Part shown: piece by piece, positions 46,870 to 57,318 of the stretch
Numbering within the stretch: position 1 is the first letter of the stretch
Layout of the letters: every line of letters starts with the position of its first letter
DNA from: an uncultured Bacteroides sp.
Lineage (GTDB): Bacteria > Bacteroidota > Bacteroidia > Bacteroidales > UBA11471
Assembly: GCA_963931635.1 (NCBI GenBank)
Contig: OZ007034.1
Coordinates: 2,437,883-2,501,882 of the forward strand
DNA: 64,000 nt
Direction of reading: 5' to 3'
Position numbers and translations under genes: made by a program
The notes under the pieces: generated by a model
Told to the model about the DNA's origin: nothing
Seen by the model: the letters and a program-made list of their open reading frames with translations, nothing else
Databases searched by the model: none

Positions 46870-48645
46870 ATGAAAGATTTTCTCAAATTTACCCTAGCTA
46901 CCATTGTAGGCTTACTCATAACAGGAGCCATTGTAACCGTGCTTGGCATCGTGACCCTACTGGGCTTTGCCGCAACAGCCGACACAGAAACTGCTGTCAA
47001 AGAGAATTCTGTTTTTGTACTGGACCTGAAAGGGAATGTTTCGGAACGGAGTTTCGACAATCCGTTCGGATCACTGTTTGGCGACAACACCACAATCAAC
47101 GGACTGGACGACATCGTTGCTTCCATCAAAAAAGCAAAAGAAAACCCGAATATCAAAGGTCTCTGCCTCAATGCCGGCGGATTTGCCTGTTCGACGGCCT
47201 CTCTGCAAGAAATCCGCCGTGCACTTGCCGATTTCAAGGAGAGCGGTAAATTCCTTATCGCCTATGGCGACAGTTATACGCAAAGCACCTACTACCTGGC
47301 CAGTATTGCCGACAACGTGATACTCAACCCCTCGGGCAACATATCATGGCACGGTATGGCCAGCCGTATTATGTTCTACAAAGATCTCCTGGCAAAAGTA
47401 GGTGTGGAGATGCAGGTATTCCGTGTAGGAACCTATAAATCGGCGGTAGAACCTTACATTGCCAACGAAATGAGCAAGGCCAACAAGGAACAGACTCTGG
47501 CTTACATGCAATCGCTCTGGAATCAAATAGCAAGCGATGTATCGGCATCACGGCATTTGTCTACCGACTCTCTGAATATGCTGGCCGATAAAAACATGGA
47601 TTATGTGCCGGCAGCAGAATACATACAATGCGGACTCGCCGATACATTAATGTATAAAGATCAAGTCGTTGACTATCTGAAAACGCGACTGGGAATAACC
47701 GAAGCCAAAAAGAAACCCAGTGTCTTGACCCTTGGCGAGATGTTGAACGTAAAAGAAACAGCCCCCAAAAACAAAAGTAAGAATCTGATAGCCGTATATT
47801 ACGCCTACGGATCGATAGACAATGCCATGGGAGGCTCATTCGGGACCGAAGGCATACACTCCGAGCAAGTGATACTCGACCTTCGTCGACTGCGTGAGGA
47901 CGATAACGTAAAAGCTGTCGTAATGCGCGTCAACTCCCCCGGTGGAAGTGCATACGGAAGTGAACAGATATGGAGAGAGGTTTCGTTGCTAAAAGAGAAA
48001 AAACCGGTTGTCGTATCGATGGGCGACTATGCTGCATCGGGAGGATACTACATTTCTTGTGCGGCCGACTGGATTGTGGCCGAAGCTACAACTCTTACCG
48101 GCTCCATCGGTATATTCGGCATGATACCTGACCCGTCGAAATTACTCACCGAGACTCTTGACCTTCATTTTGACGGAGTAAAAACAAATCGCCTTGCCGA
48201 TATGGGAGCCATGGGTCGTCCCATGAATACCGAAGAGCGCAACCTGTTCCAAAATATGGTCAATGACGGTTATGAACTCTTTACCAAGCGTTGTGCCGAC
48301 GGTCGAGGCATGTCGGTCGATGCCATAAAGAAAATTGCCGAGGGTCGCGTATGGACCGGAGAGATGGCCAAGAGTCTGAACCTTGTCGATCAACTCGGTG
48401 GTATCGACGATGCCATAGCCGCAGCTGCCGATCGAGCCAAATTGGACAATTACCGCATCATAACTTATCCAGAGAAAACCGACTTCATGACTAAACTTCT
48501 TTCCAACGTAAGTCCCGAACGTTACATCAACGAAAAAGTAGAATCAATGTTCGGCTCTTACGGTAAAGGTCTGCTTTTCTTAAAGAACATAGATAAAATC
48601 GACCGGCTGCAAGCTCTGATGCCGTTTGATATCGTTATCGAATAA
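46870..48645 (+). CDS. sppA: Signal peptide peptidase SppA, 67K type
   Basis: 591 aa with an N-terminal TM and two S49 peptidase domains (MGDYAASGGYYISCAAD with the catalytic Ser context). Confidence 0.9.
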   Translation: MKDFLKFTLATIVGLLITGAIVTVLGIVTLLGFAATADTETAVKENSVFVLDLKGNVSERSFDNPFGSLFGDNTTINGLDDIVASIKKAKENPNIKGLCLNAGGFACSTASLQEIRRALADFKESGKFLIAYGDSYTQSTYYLASIADNVILNPSGNISWHGMASRIMFYKDLLAKVGVEMQVFRVGTYKSAVEPYIANEMSKANKEQTLAYMQSLWNQIASDVSASRHLSTDSLNMLADKNMDYVPAAEYIQCGLADTLMYKDQVVDYLKTRLGITEAKKKPSVLTLGEMLNVKETAPKNKSKNLIAVYYAYGSIDNAMGGSFGTEGIHSEQVILDLRRLREDDNVKAVVMRVNSPGGSAYGSEQIWREVSLLKEKKPVVVSMGDYAASGGYYISCAADWIVAEATTLTGSIGIFGMIPDPSKLLTETLDLHFDGVKTNRLADMGAMGRPMNTEERNLFQNMVNDGYELFTKRCADGRGMSVDAIKKIAEGRVWTGEMAKSLNLVDQLGGIDDAIAAAADRAKLDNYRIITYPEKTDFMTKLLSNVSPERYINEKVESMFGSYGKGLLFLKNIDKIDRLQALMPFDIVIE

Positions 48646-48668
48646 GAGTGCTCTACATTTCTATCTTT

Positions 48669-48710
48669 TATCGTCCGATGGGCCCATATACCTGTCGGAC
48701 GATATTTTTT
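48669..48710 (+). terminator. Rho-independent terminator of sppA
   Basis: Perfect 10-bp stem TATCGTCCGA / TCGGACGATA followed by TTTTTT. Confidence 0.75.
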
Positions 48711-48790
48711 CAATCCATCTCCACGCTTATTTGTAGCCGATTTAAACAATTTTATTGGGCTCAAAGCTTTTATTTCTCGTTTGGAATCGT

Positions 48791-48798
48791 TATATTTG
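48791..48798 (+). promoter_or_regulatory. -7 promoter box (TAnnTTTG) for the PIN-PhoH gene
   Basis: TATATTTG, which implies a ~130-nt leader. Confidence 0.35.
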
Positions 48799-48929
48799 TA
48801 AGACGCCAAAGGAGGTTGTGACCAAATGACCCAAGCTCAGGAGGCGAAAAAAGTCCTCTTTCGTCGCACTCCTATTTCTGCCATACACGAATAGTCTGCA
48901 TTCGATATAACCTTAAAAACTATTGCGCC

Positions 48930-50246
48930 ATGGGAAAAAAGAATTTCGTTTTGGACACCAATGTTCTTCTGCATGACCACAAGTGTATTTTCAACTTTCA
49001 GGAGAACGATATTTTTATCCCGATTATCGTATTGGAAGAGTTGGACAAATTCAAGAAAGGGAACGAGGAAATTAATTACAATGCCCGGGAATTTGCCCGT
49101 CAACTCGACAAATATACCGATAAAGACTTCTTTGAAAAGGGAGCACAACTGGGCCCCGACCTGGGCCGATTGTCGATTATCGTCAACTGCTCACTCAATA
49201 AACGAGTAAAGGAAGCTTTTCACGAAGATAAGCCCGACCATCGCATTCTATCAGCGGCCATAGAGGTTGCCGAGCAACATAAGGATATGCGCACCATCTT
49301 TGTAACCAAGGATATAAATCTGCGCATGAAGGCTCGTGCCTTGGGTATCGAAACCGAAGACTATACCAACGACAAAGTAAAAAATGACGATCTTTTTGCC
49401 AATGAACATCGTACGATTATCGGTGTAGCTCCCGATATAATCGATGCCATATACAGTTCAAAAAAAGGAATCCCCGCAGAACAAATTGGCGTAAAATTAC
49501 GAACCAATGAATGTTTTGTTCTCGACAGTGGAACCTCTTCGGTGCTCGCTCGCTATGTAACTGCCGAAGGTATGGTGAGGAAAGTGACCAAGGAAAAAAA
49601 TTTCGGCATAGAACCACGCAATGCCGAACAAGCGTTTGCATTTGATTTATTGAATGACGACAGCATTAAACTGCTGGCCATTACCGGTAAAGCCGGAACA
49701 GGAAAAACCCTTTTGGCCCTGGCCGGAGCCTTGAAACAGCACGGACTGTACAAGCAGATACTCCTTGCCCGCCCCATCGTTTCTCTCTCAAACAAAGATC
49801 TTGGATTCCTTCCCGGCGACGAGAAACAAAAAATAGCGCCCTACATGCAACCCCTCTTTGACAATCTGAATGTGATTAAACGGCAATTCTCTCTCGACAG
49901 CAACGATTACCGTGCCCTTCAAGAGATGCAAGCCGGCGGGAATCTGGTTATCGAAGCTCTGGCCTACATTCGGGGGCGTAGCTTGTCCGACACATTTTGT
50001 ATCATAGATGAAGCCCAGAACCTTACACCGCACGAGATTAAAACCATCATCACCCGTGCTGCCGAAGGTACCAAGATGGTCTTTACCGGTGATGTGTACC
50101 AAATCGACTCTCCCTACCTCGATACCCAGTCAAACGGTCTGGCCTATATGATAGACCGTATGCAGGGGCAAGAAATCTTCGGACACGTCAATCTGGTAAA
50201 AGGCGAGCGCAGCAAACTCTCGGAGTTGGCCAGTAATTTGTTATAA
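48930..50246 (+). CDS. PhoH-family ATPase with N-terminal PIN domain (YlaK-like)
   Basis: PIN N-terminus (FVLDTNVLLHD ... ELD) and a PhoH-type Walker A (ITGKAGTGKT) with DEAQN. Confidence 0.9.
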   Translation: MGKKNFVLDTNVLLHDHKCIFNFQENDIFIPIIVLEELDKFKKGNEEINYNAREFARQLDKYTDKDFFEKGAQLGPDLGRLSIIVNCSLNKRVKEAFHEDKPDHRILSAAIEVAEQHKDMRTIFVTKDINLRMKARALGIETEDYTNDKVKNDDLFANEHRTIIGVAPDIIDAIYSSKKGIPAEQIGVKLRTNECFVLDSGTSSVLARYVTAEGMVRKVTKEKNFGIEPRNAEQAFAFDLLNDDSIKLLAITGKAGTGKTLLALAGALKQHGLYKQILLARPIVSLSNKDLGFLPGDEKQKIAPYMQPLFDNLNVIKRQFSLDSNDYRALQEMQAGGNLVIEALAYIRGRSLSDTFCIIDEAQNLTPHEIKTIITRAAEGTKMVFTGDVYQIDSPYLDTQSNGLAYMIDRMQGQEIFGHVNLVKGERSKLSELASNLL

Positions 50247-50263
50247 TTCGACCCTACTATTGA

Positions 50264-50310
50264 CTTCAAAGCCAGCCTGCCAATACGGCAGGCTGGCTTT
50301 GAAGTTTTTC
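50264..50310 (+). terminator. Rho-independent terminator of the PIN-PhoH gene
   Basis: Perfect 18-bp stem CTTCAAAGCCAGCCTGCC / GGCAGGCTGGCTTTGAAG, 5-nt loop, then TTTTTC. Confidence 0.85.
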
Positions 50311-50406
50311 CACGACCTTTCTGAATATGACCGTAAAGCTATTTCTTATTTTCTTTCTTTTACTTCTTTTGGTAAATATAATATTGGATTATTCGTTTCT
50401 GCATTG

Positions 50407-50414
50407 TATCTTTG
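50407..50414 (+). promoter_or_regulatory. -7 promoter box (TAnnTTTG) for mdh
   Basis: TATCTTTG, 55 nt upstream of the ATG. Confidence 0.5.
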
Positions 50415-50468
50415 CAGAATAAATATGATAAAAAGATAAAGAACTGATAACAAATAAATTACACAATT

Positions 50469-51470
50469 ATGAATTTTGTTACGAACGAAAAACTCACCAT
50501 TGTGGGTGCAGCCGGTATGATTGGCTCGAACATGGCACAAACTGCCATCATGATGAAATTGACTCCCAACATCTGTCTTTACGATCCCTATGCATCGGGT
50601 CTGGAAGGCGTTGCTGAAGAGTTGTTCCATTGCGGTTTTGAAGGGGTAAACATCACCTATACCTCCGACATCAAAGAGGCATTGACTGGAGCCAAATACA
50701 TCATCAATTCGGGTGGTGCTGCCCGTAAAGCCGGCATGACCCGTGAAGACCTGCTCAAAGGCAATGCTGCCATTGCCGAAGAGTTTGGTCAAAACGTAAA
50801 GAAATATTGCCCCGACGTTAAACACATCGTCATCATTTTCAATCCGGCCGACATTACCGGTCTTATCGTTCTTCTGCACTCGGGCCTGAAACCCTCACAG
50901 GTTACAACTCTGGCCGCTCTCGACTCTACCCGTCTGCGCAGCGAACTTGCCAAATATTTCCATATTTCGATGGATGCCGTAGAAAACTGCCGTACCTATG
51001 GCGGCCATGGTGAACAAATGGCTGTCTTTGCCTCAACGGCCAAAGTGAACGGTAAACCGCTGACCGAAATTATCGGAACCGATGCTTTATCGAAAGAGCA
51101 ATGGGCCGAGATACAACAAAAGGTAACCAAAGGTGGTGCCAACATCATTGCCCTGCGCGGTCGCTCCTCGTTCCAAAGCCCCGCTTACGTGTCGGTAGAG
51201 ATGATTGCTGCCGCCATGGGTGGACAGCCCTTCCGCTGGCCGGCCGGAACGTATGTATCGAACGGTAAATTTGACCACATCATGATGGCATGGGAAACCA
51301 GCATCTCAGCCGATGGATGCCACCTGAAAGAGGTAAAAGGTACTCCCGAGGAAGAGGCTGCCCTCGAAAAGAGCTACGAACACCTCTGCGCTCTCCGCGA
51401 CGAAGTAATCGCCATGGGTGTACTGCCAGCTATCAGCGAGTGGAACAAAATCAACCCCAACATTCGATAA
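50469..51470 (+). CDS. mdh: Malate dehydrogenase (LDH/MDH superfamily, Bacteroidetes type)
   Basis: 333 aa with NAD-binding LTIVGAAGMIGSN and GGAARKAGMTREDLL. Confidence 0.88.
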   Translation: MNFVTNEKLTIVGAAGMIGSNMAQTAIMMKLTPNICLYDPYASGLEGVAEELFHCGFEGVNITYTSDIKEALTGAKYIINSGGAARKAGMTREDLLKGNAAIAEEFGQNVKKYCPDVKHIVIIFNPADITGLIVLLHSGLKPSQVTTLAALDSTRLRSELAKYFHISMDAVENCRTYGGHGEQMAVFASTAKVNGKPLTEIIGTDALSKEQWAEIQQKVTKGGANIIALRGRSSFQSPAYVSVEMIAAAMGGQPFRWPAGTYVSNGKFDHIMMAWETSISADGCHLKEVKGTPEEEAALEKSYEHLCALRDEVIAMGVLPAISEWNKINPNIR

Positions 51471-51500
51471 TCATCACGAATTTCTCGCAATAAAACAAAA

Positions 51501-51534
51501 ATGGCTGCACCAAAGAGTGCAGCCATTTTTTTTA
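51501..51534 (+). terminator. Rho-independent terminator of mdh
   Basis: Perfect 10-bp stem ATGGCTGCAC / GTGCAGCCAT followed by TTTTTTTT. Confidence 0.8.
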
Positions 51535-51609
51535 CTTTTTGAACGAAGTTTAGGAATCTTCTTACCAGAATTTGATTAATAATGACATTCTATATTGGAC
51601 TCTCTTTCA

Positions 51610-51645
51610 ACAAAAAAGGGGGTTGCATTGTGAAAATGCAACCCC
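51610..51645 (-). terminator. Rho-independent terminator of groEL
   Basis: Perfect 11-bp stem GGGGGTTGCAT / ATGCAACCCCC, with the minus-strand tail CTTTTTTG. Confidence 0.8.
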
Positions 51646-51679
51646 CAAAACTTATCTAAGAATAGTATGAACTTTTAGA

Positions 51680-53344
<1,665 letters not shown>

Positions 53345-53351
53345 TTAGATT

Positions 53352-53621
53352 TTAGAGAATGGCCAACACATCGGACTGACGCATGATGAGATATTTTTCT
53401 CCGTCGAGTTCCAATTCGGTTCCGGCATATTTACCATACAAGACGTGATCGCCCGGTTTTAAAACCATCTCTTCATCTTTTGTTCCGTTGCCTACGGCCA
53501 CGATTTCACCTCTCAAAGGTTTTTCTTTGGCAGAATCGGGAATTATAATTCCTCCGACAGTTTTTTCTTCTGCAGGTGCAGGTTTTATCAAAACTCTGTC
53601 TGCTAACGGTTTAATGTTCAT
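53352..53621 (-). CDS. groS: Co-chaperonin GroES
   Basis: 89 aa ([35 protein letters not shown]...). Confidence 0.98.
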   Translation of the reverse strand: MNIKPLADRVLIKPAPAEEKTVGGIIIPDSAKEKPLRGEIVAVGNGTKDEEMVLKPGDHVLYGKYAGTELELDGEKYLIMRQSDVLAIL

Positions 53622-53692
53622 TTCTTCTTATTTTTAAGTTAATATTCGATATCTTTTTGCATTCCTTTTATCAAGGAAGACACTGGCATTAC

Positions 53693-53708
53693 AGCGAAAT
53701 CCATGCCA
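53693..53708 (-). promoter_or_regulatory. GGCAT-N5-TCG motif upstream of groES; also half of the inverted repeat TGGCAT-N13-ATGCCA (53684-53708)
   Basis: Minus strand TGGCATggattTCGCT, 71 nt upstream of the groES ATG. Confidence 0.25.
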
Positions 53709-53946
53709 AACTTTTTTTTGCAAAAAAACTGCCAAAACGGCAGCTAGATAATTATCGGAGGTATGAAATACTGACAAATGTAATGGCTCATGTGCCGCCC
53801 AGCCAACTCAATATGACAATAATGAAAGTGATATTATGTTTTTTCATCGCCTTACATATCGATTGCTCGAGGTATCGTTTCACTGTCGATCACGCATCTG
53901 CCCTTAGTTTTTATGGAAAACTGATGGATACCAGGCTTAGGCAATA

Positions 53947-54082
53947 GCGAAAACTTCGTTTTCTCACCCGCCTCTGCTCTCGCCTTTCACTATCTTTTCA
54001 GAAGACAGGAGGCGGCTCGGCATAGTCTTTGGCGAAAACTTCGTTTTCTCCTTGCCTCTGCTCTCGCCTTTCACTATCTTTG
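53947..54082 (+). repeat. Direct repeat (52/51 nt core, 85-bp period) with internal 15-nt palindrome, upstream of recQ
   Basis: Copies at 53947-53998 and 54032-54082. The first 19 nt and the last ~28 nt before the final base are identical between them. GAAAACttcGTTTTC sits at 53949-53963 and 54034-54048. Confidence 0.8.
54075..54082 (+). promoter_or_regulatory. -7 promoter box (TAnnTTTG) for recQ
   Basis: TATCTTTG at the end of repeat copy 2, 59 nt upstream of the recQ ATG. The equivalent word in copy 1 is TATCTTTT. Confidence 0.45.
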
Positions 54083-54140
54083 TAAAAGTTTGATGGCATA
54101 GCTAGGCTGCATAAAAGCGATACCCGCCGATTCAACCGAT

Positions 54141-56048
54141 ATGGAACAAAGCATACACGAAATACTGAAACGCTACTGGGGCTACGACTCGTTCCGCCCC
54201 ATGCAGGAAGAGGTCATACAATCGGTTCTCGACGGTAAAGACACGCTGGCACTCATGCCTACCGGTGGCGGGAAATCGATTACCTATCAGGTGCCGGGAC
54301 TATATCTCGACGGCATCTGTATCGTGGTAACGCCGCTTATCGCTCTGATGAAAGATCAGGTCGACACGTTGCGGGCTCTCGACGTGAAGGCGTCGTACAT
54401 ACACTCGGGCATGAGTCGCCGGGAAATGAACATTACACTCGACAACTGTATATTCGGCAAATACAAGTTTCTCTATGTCTCGCCCGAACGATTGTCGACC
54501 CGCCTTTTTCAGGAGAAACTCAAAGAGTTGCCCGTTTCGCTGCTGGTCGTCGACGAGGCACACTGCATCTCGCAATGGGGATACGATTTCAGGCCCGACT
54601 ACCTGAAAATAGCCGAATTGCGCGAACAGATACCCCAGATTCCCGTATTGGCCGTTACGGCTACCGCTACGCCCGAGGTAGCCAAGGATATCCAGACCAA
54701 GTTGCATTTCAAGAGCGAAAACGTATTCCGGAAGAGTTTCCGCCGCCCCAACCTCCGCTATATCGTGCGCCATAACGAAGACAAGATGCAGCAGCTGGTC
54801 TATATACTTTCGCGCATACCGGGCAGTGCCATAGTCTATGTGCGCAGCCGCAGGCAAACCAAGGAGGTGGCCGAAATGCTCTACCGGGCCGGTATTTCGA
54901 CTCAATACTATCATGCCGGTATCGAACCCGAAGAGAAAGAGTTGCGCCAACAGGTATGGAAAGAGGGCCGGGCGCGCGTGATGGTAGCCACCAATGCCTT
55001 CGGTATGGGCATCGACAAGCCCGATGTGCGCCTTGTGGTTCACCTGGATATGCCCAGCTCGCCCGAAGAGTATTACCAGGAGGCCGGACGGGCCGGACGC
55101 GACGGAGAGACAGCCTATGCCGTCTTGCTCTACTCACCGGCCGATAAAGCCAAGCTGCACAAGCGGGTGGCCGACATGTTTCCCGAAAAGGCATTTATAG
55201 CACGCATATACGAAGCCCTATGCAACTACCTGCAAATAGCCGAAGGGAGCGGACAGAACACAGTCCGGGATTTTGACCTGACACTCTTCTGCCACACATT
55301 CAAGTTTCCGATACTGCCCACCTACCATGCCTTGAAAATCATTGAGCAGTCGGGATATATCGAGTATGTTGAAGAGGCCGATTCCCAGTCTCGGGTCATG
55401 GTTACCGTACAGCGTGACGAACTCTACCGGCTGAAAATCGATGACTCCGATACCGACACCGTGCTGCAATGCCTGCTGCGCTCCTATACCGGGCTGTTTG
55501 CCGACTACACATTCATCAAGGAGTCGCTGCTCGAACGGCGTACCGGCTTGCCGGCACAAACCATATACGAGAGTCTTATCTATCTGGGAAAACTGCACAT
55601 CATACATTACATTCCCCGCAAAAGAATGCCGTTTATCTATTTCACCCGTCCGCGCACCGATTTGAAATACTTTGTTATACCACGCACTGCCTACGAGGAA
55701 CGGAAAGAGCGTTTCTCTTATCGCATCGAGCGCATTCTGCAATATGCACAGTGCGACAATGTATGCAGGGAGCGGTTGTTGCTTGCATATTTTGGAGAAA
55801 AAAACAACGATGATTGCGGCGGTTGTGACGTGTGCATGGCGAAAAAAAACAGCAGCCTCTCCCCTTCCCTGTTTGACCAAATCGTCCAAGCAGTAAAAAA
55901 TCTGTTGCAAGAAAAGCCGCTGGGATTGAACGATATTATCGAACAATTGCCCTATCCTGAGGAACGAGTCATCGAAACAGTCCGTTATCTCGTAGACGAA
56001 GGTTTTCTCCACGAAGAGAATCTTTCCTTTTACTGGGGAAGGAAATAG
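54141..56048 (+). CDS. recQ: ATP-dependent DNA helicase RecQ
   Basis: 635 aa with Walker A MPTGGGKS, DEAH box VVDEAHCISQWGYDFRP, an RQC zinc-binding Cys cluster and a C-terminal HRDC-like region. Confidence 0.96.
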   Translation: MEQSIHEILKRYWGYDSFRPMQEEVIQSVLDGKDTLALMPTGGGKSITYQVPGLYLDGICIVVTPLIALMKDQVDTLRALDVKASYIHSGMSRREMNITLDNCIFGKYKFLYVSPERLSTRLFQEKLKELPVSLLVVDEAHCISQWGYDFRPDYLKIAELREQIPQIPVLAVTATATPEVAKDIQTKLHFKSENVFRKSFRRPNLRYIVRHNEDKMQQLVYILSRIPGSAIVYVRSRRQTKEVAEMLYRAGISTQYYHAGIEPEEKELRQQVWKEGRARVMVATNAFGMGIDKPDVRLVVHLDMPSSPEEYYQEAGRAGRDGETAYAVLLYSPADKAKLHKRVADMFPEKAFIARIYEALCNYLQIAEGSGQNTVRDFDLTLFCHTFKFPILPTYHALKIIEQSGYIEYVEEADSQSRVMVTVQRDELYRLKIDDSDTDTVLQCLLRSYTGLFADYTFIKESLLERRTGLPAQTIYESLIYLGKLHIIHYIPRKRMPFIYFTRPRTDLKYFVIPRTAYEERKERFSYRIERILQYAQCDNVCRERLLLAYFGEKNNDDCGGCDVCMAKKNSSLSPSLFDQIVQAVKNLLQEKPLGLNDIIEQLPYPEERVIETVRYLVDEGFLHEENLSFYWGRK

Positions 56049-56072
56049 GCATATCCGATTCCTAAAAAATAA

Positions 56073-56486
56073 TTACAGGCCGACCTTCTCCATCAGTGCG
56101 GGCACGAAAACAATGACACCTATCACAGCCGCTGTAATGGCACACAGCAAGACAGCCGCAGCGGCAATGTCTTTTATCTTTTTGACGCGTTCATCATACG
56201 TGGGACATACCAGATTGCAAACATACTCTATTGCCGTATTGAACGACTCAGCCGCCAACACCAGCCCAATAGCGAAGACGACAGCCACCCATTCCACAGC
56301 CGAGAGTCCAACCCAACAGCCCAGCAATACGGCAACGACGGCCAGAACAAGGTGTATGCGGGCGTTATGTTCATGAATGACAAGCTGTTTCAACCCCCTG
56401 AATGCATAGCCGAAACTGCGCATACGCTCTTTGAAAGAAAACGTATGCTTCTCCTTATTGTCGGAAGAGAAAGACGTAATATTCAT
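56073..56486 (-). CDS. dgkA: Diacylglycerol kinase family (DgkA / undecaprenol kinase-like)
   Basis: ORF trimmed to the ATG at 56486. It has three TM helices and a conserved SFGYAFRGL ... HEHN ... E..NTAIE pattern. Confidence 0.8.
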   Translation of the reverse strand: MNITSFSSDNKEKHTFSFKERMRSFGYAFRGLKQLVIHEHNARIHLVLAVVAVLLGCWVGLSAVEWVAVVFAIGLVLAAESFNTAIEYVCNLVCPTYDERVKKIKDIAAAAVLLCAITAAVIGVIVFVPALMEKVGL

Positions 56487-56552
56487 AAAATCTGTTTTTA
56501 TGGATAGTAAACCGTAGGTTTCACCGCTTTCTGTGGCAAAAACGGACACGGT

Positions 56553-57317
56553 TCAATCGGGAATCTCAATTATCAGCCCATCATAGGCAAAAGACACCTT
56601 TGTAGGGAGCTTTGGCTCTTCAACGGCATACAAGCCCATTTGGTGGCTCATGTGGGTAAGATAGGCCCTCGTCGGCGCTATACGGGAAATAAAGGCCAAG
56701 GCACTCTCGAGATTCTGATGTGAAAGATGCGGTTTGTGGCGCAAAGCATTGACGACAAGAGTGTCGAGTGATGCCAGTTTGGAATATTCGGTTTCATCTA
56801 TCGTCAACATATCGGTGATATAGGCAAATGCCCCCAAACGGTACCCAATGATGGGTAAATGAGAATGCCACACTCTTATGGGTATAACATCGATATCGAA
56901 AAGAGAAAACGTAGAGAGTTCATCAATAGCATGTAATGAGAGTTGGGCCACACCCGGCTGCGGGCGATCGGTAAAACAATAAGCAAACCGGTCATGAACC
57001 ACGTTCAATACCCGTGGCTCGGCATATACGGGTATCGGTTTTTGCCAGGTAAAATTCCGAAGTTCGTCCAGCCCGGAAATGTGGTCGTAGTGTTCATGGG
57101 TGAGCAATACCGCATCGATGTGGTCGATACCGCTCCGCAGTATCTGTTGTCGAAAATCGGGGCCACAATCAATCAATATGTTTTTATCGCCGACGGTCAG
57201 GCACACCGACGAACGCAGTCGGTTGTCGCGAGGGTCGACCGAGCGGCACACCACACAAGAACACCCTATCATGGGCACTCCTGTCGACGTTCCCGTCCCC
57301 AAAAATTCTATCTGCAT
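56553..57317 (-). CDS. MBL-fold metallo-hydrolase (PhnP/GPMBL-like)
   Basis: FLGTGTSTGVP N-terminus, a Cys-rich loop and HxHxDH (THEHYDHISG). Confidence 0.85.
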   Translation of the reverse strand: MQIEFLGTGTSTGVPMIGCSCVVCRSVDPRDNRLRSSVCLTVGDKNILIDCGPDFRQQILRSGIDHIDAVLLTHEHYDHISGLDELRNFTWQKPIPVYAEPRVLNVVHDRFAYCFTDRPQPGVAQLSLHAIDELSTFSLFDIDVIPIRVWHSHLPIIGYRLGAFAYITDMLTIDETEYSKLASLDTLVVNALRHKPHLSHQNLESALAFISRIAPTRAYLTHMSHQMGLYAVEEPKLPTKVSFAYDGLIIEIPD

Positions 57318-57318
57318 C

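Noticed and set aside
48816-48884. 22-codon upstream ORF in the ~130-nt leader of the PIN-PhoH gene.
   Set aside because: There is no supporting feature beyond an ATG and a stop. It could matter if the leader is regulatory, but I cannot support it from sequence alone.
53622-53760. CIRCE/HrcA operator or sigma-32-type promoter upstream of groES.
   Set aside because: No TTAGCACTC-N9-GAGTGCTAA-like element is present. CCTTGATAA resembles a sigma-32 -35 element, but no CCCCAT-like -10 follows at 13-17 nt.
53788-53847. 19-codon hydrophobic ORF on the minus strand (MKKHNITFIIVILSWLGGT), superficially like an Ibs-type type I toxin.
   Set aside because: It has no promoter box, no obvious antisense RNA partner, and no repeat copies. 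ORFs this short arise readily by chance in AT-rich spacers. It is only worth revisiting if ribosome-profiling data exist.
53657-53947. 96-aa ORF in the groES-recQ spacer.
   Set aside because: It has a non-ATG start, runs into the repeat array, and has no recognisable features.
53947-54082. The 85-bp-period repeats as a CRISPR array.
   Set aside because: There are only 2-3 degenerate copies. The spacers are themselves related to each other. No cas genes are present, and a repeat of ~52 nt is too long.
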